This document shows, in pieces, positions 8,958 through 18,300 of a DNA stretch of 64,000 nucleotides (position 1 is its first letter; the number at the start of each line of letters is the position of its first letter). Made by a program: the position numbers and the translations under genes. Location: IMG/VR virus record IMGVR_UViG_3300027987_000509. The stretch is one strand, 5' to 3'. Origin of the DNA: a virus. The notes below the pieces were generated by a model, which had not been told where the DNA came from, did no database searches, and saw only the letters and a list, made by a program, of their open reading frames with translations.

Positions 8958-9117
8958 CTGGGACGACGACGACGACGATCTTGAGGACGCCGACGACGAT
9001 CTCGATGATGGTCCCGACGAAGAATCGTACTACGAAGAGTACGAGGATGACGACGACCTCGACGAAGATTATGAAGACGACGATGACGACGATGATGACG
9101 ATGACGACGACTTCTAA
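8944..9117 (+). CDS. 57-aa extremely acidic micropeptide
   Basis: GTG start, GAGGA RBS at 8930-8934; MSNPDWDDDDDDLEDADDDLDDGPDEESYYEEYEDDDDLDEDYEDDDDDDDDDDDDF; below ORF-track cutoff. Confidence 0.65.
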   Translation: MSNPDWDDDDDDLEDADDDLDDGPDEESYYEEYEDDDDLDEDYEDDDDDDDDDDDDF

Positions 9118-10601
9118 GCCATCGTAAAGTCGCTAATCGTGCACTTCCCAACGGCCCCCGGAGCACTGTGGTCGCTGCTGTATCCGAGCAAACCCGTCTT
9201 ACCGATTCTGACAGCAGTTGGGTTGTGCGGGAAGATACTTAGTGGCACCTCGACCACGGTGTACCATTTCCGAAGGTCTTGGATTTCGCCAATCCAAGAC
9301 GTAGCCGTCTTGCGGATTCTGACTGGATAAGCCTTGTTCGGTTGGGTCTTTCCGATGTTGATGTTGTAATTGGTGTTGAAGTATCCACCGAAAGTCCCAC
9401 CGTGCCGGAGGTTGACTTTCAGCATCCCTGTCGGCCACTGCACGACGAGTCCAGGTCCCCAAGTAGCACCATTGTCGGTGCCAGTGTTGATCGTGCAAGA
9501 GATCGATTTGACGTTACTGACGATCTGTGCCTCGCAGAAGCAATGGTGATTGGCTGCACTTTCGAAAACGACCACACCATTTGGGTTCTTTGTGACTTTT
9601 CCAGATCTGGCATGTTCGGTCCAAGTCAAAGGACCGATCGGGATCGCTCCTGGTGAATCGTCAGACCACGGTCTCAGACCGTAAAATTGCTGGACGATTG
9701 CGAACGGATTAGCGATGGTAATCTTTGGAGATCCAGCGAATAGAAGGCCGACAGCTTTCATCCCCATGTCGAAGATAATACTGCCTGAATCGCCGCCAGC
9801 ACTCATGTTCGACAGAACCACACAGTTTTCGAATCTAGCCGGACCAAAGTCGTATCCCACCGAGAAGCTGGCGTGTAATCCAATGACGCGGCCGGTGGTG
9901 TAACCGGTGGTCCGTCCTTCTTTTTGAACTGATGTCCCTACCCGAGCTGAGCCAAATCCGGCTAATCTCTTGTTGATAGTTGGGTAGATATCATCAACGA
10001 GCCCATCTCTGATGAGCGTGTCGTGGATTTTTGCGATTGCTGAATCGTGGCTGTTGCCACTGCCCTTGAGGCGTACGAACTTTTTGAGTGTTCCGATGTA
10101 AGGAAGATTGGCAACTGGAGTTGGCCACGATCTGAAAGTGAGATCAGCTCGATTGTCGAGCGGCCCAGGCTGATAGATGACGTCTCCAATTCTCGCTGAA
10201 TTCTCGTTGGCCAGAACATGGTTGTTGCTCAGGATGACTGGGTCGCCATCTTTGTCGTAGAAAACGCCACCGATGGTTCCAGCCGTGATTTGGCGATGAC
10301 CGACACTGTAGCCGGGTTTGATTGGTCTCGATTTGCCTTTGTATCCGACTTCCTTGGTGATGACCCCGACTTCGATGACATCGGTTGGAATGCCATCGAG
10401 TTCACTTGGAACCATTTCATTTGCCGAATACTTGCTGAGGACCCCCCGTTTCGTGAACTTTTTTTGCACAAACACTAACACAGCGTCCTTGCCAGTCGGA
10501 GTGCCGTTGGACCATTTCTCTCCGATAGCGGTTCCAACCACGTTTTGCTTCTTGAGGAGAGATTTCTCGTGAGCTTTTTGTACTGTCAAGCAGTTTGGCA
10601 T
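9114..10601 (-). CDS. Trypsin-like serine protease, Nal1-like, with extra C-terminal beta-rich domain
   Basis: Triad SNNHV / HDSAIAK / GGDSGS; TAGTIGG, KEGRTTGYTTG, GLLFAGS; N-terminal pro-domain VFVQKK...LDGIPTDV. Confidence 0.85.
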   Translation of the reverse strand: MPNCLTVQKAHEKSLLKKQNVVGTAIGEKWSNGTPTGKDAVLVFVQKKFTKRGVLSKYSANEMVPSELDGIPTDVIEVGVITKEVGYKGKSRPIKPGYSVGHRQITAGTIGGVFYDKDGDPVILSNNHVLANENSARIGDVIYQPGPLDNRADLTFRSWPTPVANLPYIGTLKKFVRLKGSGNSHDSAIAKIHDTLIRDGLVDDIYPTINKRLAGFGSARVGTSVQKEGRTTGYTTGRVIGLHASFSVGYDFGPARFENCVVLSNMSAGGDSGSIIFDMGMKAVGLLFAGSPKITIANPFAIVQQFYGLRPWSDDSPGAIPIGPLTWTEHARSGKVTKNPNGVVVFESAANHHCFCEAQIVSNVKSISCTINTGTDNGATWGPGLVVQWPTGMLKVNLRHGGTFGGYFNTNYNINIGKTQPNKAYPVRIRKTATSWIGEIQDLRKWYTVVEVPLSIFPHNPTAVRIGKTGLLGYSSDHSAPGAVGKCTISDFTMA

Positions 10602-10676
10602 GCTGGAGGCTCCTTTGCGTGTGTCTGGTACGTTAGATTTGCAACAAATCTACAATAGTACCATCTGGACGGTGTG

Positions 10677-10684
10677 GATAAATA
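10677..10684 (+). promoter_or_regulatory. Late-promoter-like motif GATAAATA
   Basis: One mismatch to T4 TATAAATA, 6 nt before ATG 10691. Confidence 0.5.
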
Positions 10685-10690
10685 TCAGCG

Positions 10691-12025
10691 ATGGCTTCGA
10701 CAATTCTTCCGAATGACAGATGCTCGGTAATGCCAGCAACGCCGACCAACGGTCAGGTGTTTGTTGATAGCGAATTCGTACGTTGGATCTACAACGCCGA
10801 CTTGGATCTGTGGGAACGTGCTGGCACAGCTGATTCCATTCCTCTAGCAACCGTCGTCAATGACGGCTTGATGGCAGCAGCCGATAAACGGCTACTCGAT
10901 AAGGTCCCAGCAATAGGCGGTGCTTTCGGGATCATTGTCGACACAAAGTTGCTCCTTCAGAGTCCTACGAATCCAGAAGGAGTAATTCAAGGCGACATCA
11001 AGCTCAAGAGTGAGAGTCTTGATATTATTTGTGTCGGACCGGACAAGGTGAAGTTGAATTGTTCGATCCCACCAGAGCTGGAATGCACATCTCAATCGGG
11101 TGACGCTCCCGGCCTGTTGTTCAAGCTCAGTAATAAATTCCTAGACACACTACTAGTTGATCTCCCAGGCCCACCTGGAGATAAGGGATTTCGCGGTGAC
11201 AAAGGCGATCAGGGTACGCCTGGATTTAGCGACGGCCCCAAAGGCGACCAAGGAGAATCCGGTGAGAGTGTGGACGAACTGTGTGAGCTGACAGACGTCG
11301 TCTACAACGATCTGACAGGGCTTACCGATACCGCCATCGTCGATCTCCAACTAGTCGACGACAACGGCCATGGCTGCAAATTGATCGTCACCAAGTCCAA
11401 AATCAACGTCGGAGAAGACAAACCAGCTGAGAAGATCATCGCAAATAGCTTGAGCAGGTCGGTTGTCTATCCTGCTAATCCTAGCGATGCCACCTGCAGT
11501 TTGACGAGATTGGACGACTTCACATTTGCGAAGCCCCCAGGCGATGCGACTCCTTTGAATATGCAGCTTTTGCGGCTGCCGAAAGGTTCGAACACCAGAG
11601 AGACAGCACCCATTGGCTTTAACGGCACGATGGATCTGCAAGGGTTCGTAGAAGACATCGTCTCGGAATACAAAGATCGCCTTATCAAGCTCGATGAGAC
11701 ATGGGGCAAGCAAGTAAAATCTTACATCGAATCAGTTGATGACAAGGCCAGGACAATTCTGTCCGGCTTGGCCGATGATCTGGCACAATGCGAATTCGAC
11801 ATGCCAGCCATCGAATATTGCATCACATTCACTGGATGCGGTGAGCCACCGCCTCCTCCGCCGCCGCCACCTCCTCCGCCTCCTCCTCCGCCGCCGCCAC
11901 CACCGCCACCACCAAGTCCTTCGGCGGCTGCAGCGAAACGTGCGGACGCAGGTCCGTTGCGTATCGGTGGTAGAGAATCCTCGTCCGTGCAGATGGGACA
12001 GAGGAGATGGAGGGTTAATTCATGA
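10691..12025 (+). CDS. Putative virion/tail-fibre-associated protein with collagen-like segment and poly-Pro tract
   Basis: LAT..NDGLMAAADKRLLD fibre-type motif; GPPGDKGFRGDKGDQG repeats; 23 consecutive Pro. Confidence 0.65.
   Translation: MASTILPNDRCSVMPATPTNGQVFVDSEFVRWIYNADLDLWERAGTADSIPLATVVNDGLMAAADKRLLDKVPAIGGAFGIIVDTKLLLQSPTNPEGVIQGDIKLKSESLDIICVGPDKVKLNCSIPPELECTSQSGDAPGLLFKLSNKFLDTLLVDLPGPPGDKGFRGDKGDQGTPGFSDGPKGDQGESGESVDELCELTDVVYNDLTGLTDTAIVDLQLVDDNGHGCKLIVTKSKINVGEDKPAEKIIANSLSRSVVYPANPSDATCSLTRLDDFTFAKPPGDATPLNMQLLRLPKGSNTRETAPIGFNGTMDLQGFVEDIVSEYKDRLIKLDETWGKQVKSYIESVDDKARTILSGLADDLAQCEFDMPAIEYCITFTGCGEPPPPPPPPPPPPPPPPPPPPPPPSPSAAAAKRADAGPLRIGGRESSSVQMGQRRWRVNS
11846..11914 (+). 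repeat. In-frame poly-proline tract (23 codons)
   Basis: Mixed CCA/CCG/CCT codons, no CCC. Confidence 0.95.
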
Positions 12026-14751
12026 CGACGAGTGGCATGACAACTCGTTTTCCAGCAAATCCACAGCACGGCGACATCTTCGAACTTCGTGCCGGGCTTT
12101 TGTTCCAGTATGACGCGGCCGTCAATGCATGGATAAAGATCGTCTCCAGCAATTTGATGTTGCCTGTTGCAACGAACATTGCCAACGGAGCAATGACGGC
12201 TGTCGATCTCAAGAAACTCAACAGGCTGGTGATTCCACCGCCGAGATCGACCATCATTGGTAATGACTGTATTGCCCCGTTCAAGGCTGGAGCGATCGCT
12301 CTTTATAGCGGGGACAATTTTGTCAATGTGGAAGGGAATATTGTCCTACAGAATATCGATGAGTTCGGTGATCTGATTAGTGACGACTTCCCGTTCCAGA
12401 TTCACCAGCATACCTATGGCTATGACTTTAATCTCGATATCCCGCGACTTGTCACCGAATTGAAGAGAAGAGGCCAATTCGAATCGACTGGTACAGTCGG
12501 GCCGAAAGGAGACAAAGGCGAAGAAGGTGATCCTGGTGTCGATGAAATCCTGTCAGGTCCGCAAGGAGACAGAGGCGAACAAGGTGATGCTCCCGAATGT
12601 GAGCTTACTATCGAAACAGAACCGGTACAATCCGAAACCCAGCCTGGATTACAGAAAGCTCTGGTGGCTGCGAGAGTGATTCCCAGTGTCCAGTTTCCGA
12701 ATGACGCTACAAAATACGGGCTCCAATTCGATCGGCAGACTATCGGAACGTCTGATGTGTCGACCAGTCGATTTATGGTTCAGCAACAAAACAGTTTCTG
12801 GATATTGGCTGTCGAAAGTATCGTTGGAACGCCGCAAGCGATCTATTATTTGGATATCGAGCCGTTGATTGAGGCGGTTCGCCAGAAATTCTTGACAGAG
12901 GTTGAACTCCTGAAGAGCGGCTATGAGGATATCGTCGCTTTTTGGATTCAGACAATGTCTGACCTCTTCGATGAACAGAAAGATGCTCTGTGCTGTGCTA
13001 TCGAGTGTTGCAAATCGAGAACAAAGGGCACCCAACTCAGACAGCACATGGAATCTGTTGCAGCTTCTGCATTACCAGATGCCAAAATCAATATTCACGG
13101 CAGGAAGAGTGGTGAAGCGTTCGAAATGCCGAATACGACTATGTTGGTCGACACTAAATGCTATGATCCTCCGCTGGCGGCCGATGAGGTCTGCGGACGA
13201 TCAGGGCTTGGTGGAGGTGGAGGCGGAGGTGATTCTGATTCAGACACTCTGGAAATCGATGATAGCGACGTAAATCCAGTCGATTGTGATGGCGGTATGG
13301 ACGTTGTGTTCGTCCTCGACGATACTGGTTCGATGGGTCTCTACATCGAAGCGATGAAATCTGCTGCCACTGACTATTCGAACCACATCAAGAACTTGAG
13401 CGGCGGCGATTATCGTCTTGGTTTGATCACATTCAAAGACAGCGTTACAGTTCGACTTTCGATGTCGCCTGCCAACCAGGCACAATTTGTAGCGATTCTC
13501 GATACTATTACTGCTTCCGGTGGTGGTGATAAACCGGAGTCTTCCGTAGAAGCCTTGACAGACGCACTCAATGGTGCGGCTGGTAATTGGCGGCCCACAA
13601 AAGCCGATATTGCTATTGTGATCACTGATGCCCCACCTTCAGCCGGTAATGCAGCCGCTCAAGTTGCTGCCAATCTGGCCAAGTCTTTGAATATTAGAGT
13701 CAGCAGCATTCACGTTCCGTTGAGGGGTGTGGGTTTCGATAGTGAGGCTGAGCCTGCTCTTCGTTCTTATGCCAGCACTAGTGGTGGTGTCTACGTAAAA
13801 TCAGGCAGCAACCGTGCCGAAGATGCGATCGTCGATGGTGCTCTGAAAGTCTGCAGCGGGTCATCTCCTCCGCCAGTCGGCGGCTTCATTGCCAAATTGG
13901 CTGTAGACCCGCTTATCAATGCCGGATCGGCCAACAACGGAGCCTCTGTCGAGATTCCTGCTGGCAATTACGTGGCAACAATTACCGGGGCCACAGCGTC
14001 GATCAATGGCAAACACCGCTCGAATGTTCGTTTGCAATATGCCAATCAAGGGCAACGAAAATCGGCGAGCTTCTTGGATAAGGGCGAATTCCACTCGTTG
14101 GTTGATGGCCGTCATGCTTATGAGGGTCTTACACTTCCGTTCTCGCATGATGGTGGCACGGCTTCGTTCTACTTCCCGATCATACCACAAAAGCGATCTG
14201 CTGGTGAAGTGCAGATTGAAATCAAGAAGGCGAATACTGTATCAAGTATTGCCAAAGCTGCAGCTGTTGAGGCACCGCAGCCACGCCCAACACTGCGTCG
14301 TCCACAACGAGCTGAAAAGATCGTTCCGGTTTCTGACGGTTCCGCGATGTGTACTTTGGATGTGTCGCGTTTGCGATGGTATGAGAGGAGCTGGAAAACC
14401 GGAAATTGCTGCGGTGTTGTGGTGAATGTCAACGGTCAAGACTATATCGTCGTCAAGAATTCGCTAATTGGCGACGACTCGTGTGGCGGTGGTGAAAATG
14501 AGACAACACCTTGTATCAAGCAATTCATCAAGTCACATGGTCATCCTTCTTTTGCTTGGCCAACACTTGATGGAGTGAATTTTGTACCTATTCCGGAGAC
14601 TGAGCAAATTCACTTCAAGTATGATCAAGTGCTAAACGATCTAGTGGCTCAAAAGCTCGCCGACGAAGAGTACAATAGTCCAAAGGGTAATCCAGCTGGC
14701 GTACGCCACTTGACGTTCCAATTGATGACTATTTTGTTCCCAGTCGCGTAG
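12022..14751 (+). CDS. Putative virion/tail-fibre-associated protein with collagen-like segment and vWA domain
   Basis: N-terminus paralogous to upstream gene; GPKGDKGEEGDPG; vWA MIDAS-type DVVFVLDDTGSM...GGGDKPES...VITDAPP. Confidence 0.75.
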   Translation: MTTSGMTTRFPANPQHGDIFELRAGLLFQYDAAVNAWIKIVSSNLMLPVATNIANGAMTAVDLKKLNRLVIPPPRSTIIGNDCIAPFKAGAIALYSGDNFVNVEGNIVLQNIDEFGDLISDDFPFQIHQHTYGYDFNLDIPRLVTELKRRGQFESTGTVGPKGDKGEEGDPGVDEILSGPQGDRGEQGDAPECELTIETEPVQSETQPGLQKALVAARVIPSVQFPNDATKYGLQFDRQTIGTSDVSTSRFMVQQQNSFWILAVESIVGTPQAIYYLDIEPLIEAVRQKFLTEVELLKSGYEDIVAFWIQTMSDLFDEQKDALCCAIECCKSRTKGTQLRQHMESVAASALPDAKINIHGRKSGEAFEMPNTTMLVDTKCYDPPLAADEVCGRSGLGGGGGGGDSDSDTLEIDDSDVNPVDCDGGMDVVFVLDDTGSMGLYIEAMKSAATDYSNHIKNLSGGDYRLGLITFKDSVTVRLSMSPANQAQFVAILDTITASGGGDKPESSVEALTDALNGAAGNWRPTKADIAIVITDAPPSAGNAAAQVAANLAKSLNIRVSSIHVPLRGVGFDSEAEPALRSYASTSGGVYVKSGSNRAEDAIVDGALKVCSGSSPPPVGGFIAKLAVDPLINAGSANNGASVEIPAGNYVATITGATASINGKHRSNVRLQYANQGQRKSASFLDKGEFHSLVDGRHAYEGLTLPFSHDGGTASFYFPIIPQKRSAGEVQIEIKKANTVSSIAKAAAVEAPQPRPTLRRPQRAEKIVPVSDGSAMCTLDVSRLRWYERSWKTGNCCGVVVNVNGQDYIVVKNSLIGDDSCGGGENETTPCIKQFIKSHGHPSFAWPTLDGVNFVPIPETEQIHFKYDQVLNDLVAQKLADEEYNSPKGNPAGVRHLTFQLMTILFPVA

Positions 14752-14757
14752 CGGAGT

Positions 14758-15300
14758 TTGCCCCCCATCAAGATTCTGGTTGAGCAATTTTGCACTCTTT
14801 CGACCTCTCCCTCATGGCAGTCGTGGCTGTACCATTTCGATCAAGGACTACATTCCTGGTATGTCAAGAAATTGAGGGAATCGACCGGTTGTAATGCCAA
14901 CCGCGAATTGATGAAGGAGACGCTGCAGAAAATCGACAATAGCAGTGGTTCTGAAAGACTGGCGTTGTTCTTGCGGAAGAACTTTCCGCAAATGATCAAG
15001 AGTGGTACCACTGCGACGCAGAAACAAGACGATTCAGAGCATCTGAATTCCCATGGAGTTTTCGATTCTTACGTTCCCGGTATTCTGACCTATCCACGAC
15101 GCATCATCTTTGTAGGTCCTAAACGGGAATTGATCAGAGAGGTTAGGCAATTCTGCCTAGACAAACCTGTCAGCGACAGCATTATTGTTGAAGATAGAGC
15201 GTATGTCGAATACCTCGATTCAACTGACCTTCACCTCCAGGACGCAATACCTCTGAAGAATTGGCAAATAGCTGCGTACCGCAACAAACATAGTGTATGA
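14758..15300 (+). CDS. Hypothetical protein
   Basis: 180-aa ORF, TTG start; ILVE motif near N-terminus. Confidence 0.6.
   Translation: MPPIKILVEQFCTLSTSPSWQSWLYHFDQGLHSWYVKKLRESTGCNANRELMKETLQKIDNSSGSERLALFLRKNFPQMIKSGTTATQKQDDSEHLNSHGVFDSYVPGILTYPRRIIFVGPKRELIREVRQFCLDKPVSDSIIVEDRAYVEYLDSTDLHLQDAIPLKNWQIAAYRNKHSV
15285..15292 (+). promoter_or_regulatory. Late-promoter-like motif CAAACATA, 4 nt before ATG
   Basis: Same spacing as copies at 569, 29355, 47415, 56824. Confidence 0.5.
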
Positions 15301-18300
15301 CCAAAGAATTGCCAGACATGCCAGAAGTCGATCCTGACGATGGTGACATCGAACGCCACGATGCACATTATCGCCTGAATCCTTCTGGCCACAAGGAATT
15401 GGTCATCCAGAAGAAGGGTGAGCAGGACGAGGAGACTCTCAACGAATTAGCCGAAAGTCTGATGGAGATGGCCGGTGATTATGAGGGGCTCGAGGACGAC
15501 GATGAGTTCGAAGACGAACCCGAAGACGACTACGAATACTGCGATTATTGCGACAGATTCAAAGAAGAGGAATGCCAAAATTGCGGTAGGTCTCTTTGCG
15601 ATGTACATGCTGGCGAACACTACGACTTTTGTGGAAGCGACGAAGAAGAGGACGAGTACGAAGGTCTTGAAGACGCTGATGAATTCAAAGAAGGCGAAAG
15701 TTCCTGGCAAGCTTTCCAACCCGATCAAGAACGGCCGACTCGCCACGTTGTTATTTTCTACGGAAATCAGGGAATTCCAGACGATGAGGTCTTGGTGGCT
15801 GCTGGCAACGAACTAGGGGTCCAGTTGCGACAAGTTGATATCGAGGACGAGCCAGCTTCTACTTGGAACGTTCCGTTCAATTTGGGTTATTTCTGGGCAG
15901 AGATGGATAGCGAATTGCCGTACGGGACTACTGCCAGTGGTCATGCTCCTAACGGTGAATGGATCGCGGTTGTTGAGTCTCCGGAAGATGAGTACGAGGG
16001 ACTTGAGGACGCCGACGAATTCGGACGCCGAAGCGATGATTGTGAGTATTGTGGCGGTACTGGAGAGATTATTTCATCGTTGTACGAAGACGATGTTCTC
16101 GTCAGTTGTCCGCAGTGCTCGGACCCGGACGATCTTCAAGAGGACATTGCTTTTGGTGGTCCTGCTCCGGCGATGTCTCCCGAACAGCAAGGATATCAAC
16201 GAGATTTTCGCCCCCAGACTCCCGCTGCGTATGTCGATACTGGTCCTGTCCAAGTATCGAGTGATCATGAAACGGAGAGAGCAGCCCAGGAGTCTCCGAA
16301 CAACTTCACATCTACCACCGCTCAAGCTGCTGATGGTCCTGAAATGTCTCGTGCAAAATCTAGAATAAGATCAAGCACGATACGAGGCACTGGCTCTCGA
16401 AACAAATATATTTCAGGAACCAGAGGCGACGGGCTTGACTACGGAGCCACCCACAGCGAATCATTTACTGGGACGGCTGCCATCGCGATTGGTACTTACG
16501 ACGTCCTAGGAAACGAAAAAAACGAAGACACCGACACTTCGGAGAGTCTCATGGCAAACAGAAATCTTCTTAACGAGTGGGAACCGAAATTCGCCGGTGG
16601 CGGCGATTACGATCCCGGTGATTACCAAATGCCGAGCCCCACAGGTGACGGTGTAGCCGAACGGAAGCCCAAGAAGAGCAAGGTGGGTGCCTATGACACG
16701 GCTACTTCCAATCAAGGCAAAGAGTGGCCCCGTGATCACAACGAAACGGCGGCAATGTGTGACGTCGACGATGACGGCGTTGAGCACAAGCCACAAGGCG
16801 GACACGAATCGAGTGTCGGCGAGCCCAAGGACGGTCACCAAAGCGAACTTGGCCACAACTGGCCAGATCAGCCGAAGCTCAGTGGCAGTGGTGTTGCCGA
16901 GCCATTCGAAGGAAACCGCTGGAGTGACGGCGGTACTCTCTCGGGCGGCAAGGGTGCCGACGACGAACATTTCAAAGCCGGTGGCCCAGGAATGCCTGGA
17001 ACCGGTACCATCACCGGTACAAGCGGCCCCCAGAACGGTCAACCGCAAGAAGGCAGATGGTCTCCGGACGCCTTTGCAACGTTGATGGAAGGCGACATCG
17101 ACATCCAAGCATTGTTCGACGCCTACGCCGCAGACGGTCGTGAAGCTGTTTGCGTCGAAGACTTCGAGATGCTACTCCGTGCACACGGCTGTGGTGTCCA
17201 AATCGACGAACAGTCCTTGATGTATCTCATGAAGGAAAACAGGCAATTCATCTTCTATGAAGGTGTCGATGCGAATGGCCCGTACTGGGTTCCGACACCT
17301 ATCGCCGAAGGCAAGCCATTCCCAGGTGCCGCCCCACCATTCGGAAGCAAGGACTCTGATTCCGACGATGACGATGATGGTGGCAGCGACAGCGACAACG
17401 ACGATGATGACGATGGCGGTGGCGGCGGCAAGCCGTTCAAAGGTGCCGCACCACCGTTCGGCAAGAAGAATTCCAACTCAGATTCCGACGATGATTCGGA
17501 TGACGACGACAGCGGCAAACCATGGGAAAGCCGCCGTCGACGCGGTCGTGTGGTCTCAGAAGGTTCCGGCTGGTGCGACAAGTGCAAGTGCCCGGCGTCC
17601 GAGTGTGGCTGCGACGAAGAAGAATGCGAAGAAGACTGCGTTGAGGAGGGCAGTCTTCGCCGCCCTTTTTCCCTAACTGAAGGCCGCACACTCAGCGAAT
17701 TTCAACGACGATCGCCGGAAGAAGAGGCGAATTTGTACCAAAGTGGTATTACTGACGACCCAACCATGATCCCGCCTGGATTGCAGGGTCCTGGTACGAT
17801 CTCAGCCAGCCCACTGGATGACATTCCAGGTGACGATTTCGAACCGGGTTTGCCGGGCGAATTCGACATGGCAGATCCGCTTGGTGACGAAGACGATTTC
17901 GGCCCAGGCCCGGATTTCGGTGGACCTGGAGCATTTGGTATGCATAACGCCTCGACAGAGGCGTGCCCGGAGTGCGGCTATGAAGGGCCAGGCGGAGAAG
18001 AAACTTGCCCTGAGTGCGGTGCCATGATGGGTGGCATGGGCGAAGAAGACATCTTCGGACCAGGCGGGATGGAACCACGCGGTGGTCTTCCGTCCGACAT
18101 CGACGATGAAGATGAATACTTCAGCGGTGGCGGCGGTTATGACGATCTCGAGGAAAGCAAAATGTACAGTCCTCAAATTCAAGAATCGCTACGAAGGTTC
18201 ATGGTTTCGGCACGCAACATCATCGGCCGCAATCGAGGTCAGCATGTTGGTGCGATCGCTGAAGCTCTGAACAGCTCGTGGGATTATCACGCCGGGAATG

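Noticed and set aside
8940-8960. Programmed frameshift joining 8757..8957 to the acidic tail
   Set aside because: No slippery heptamer, and the acidic ORF has its own RBS and GTG start.
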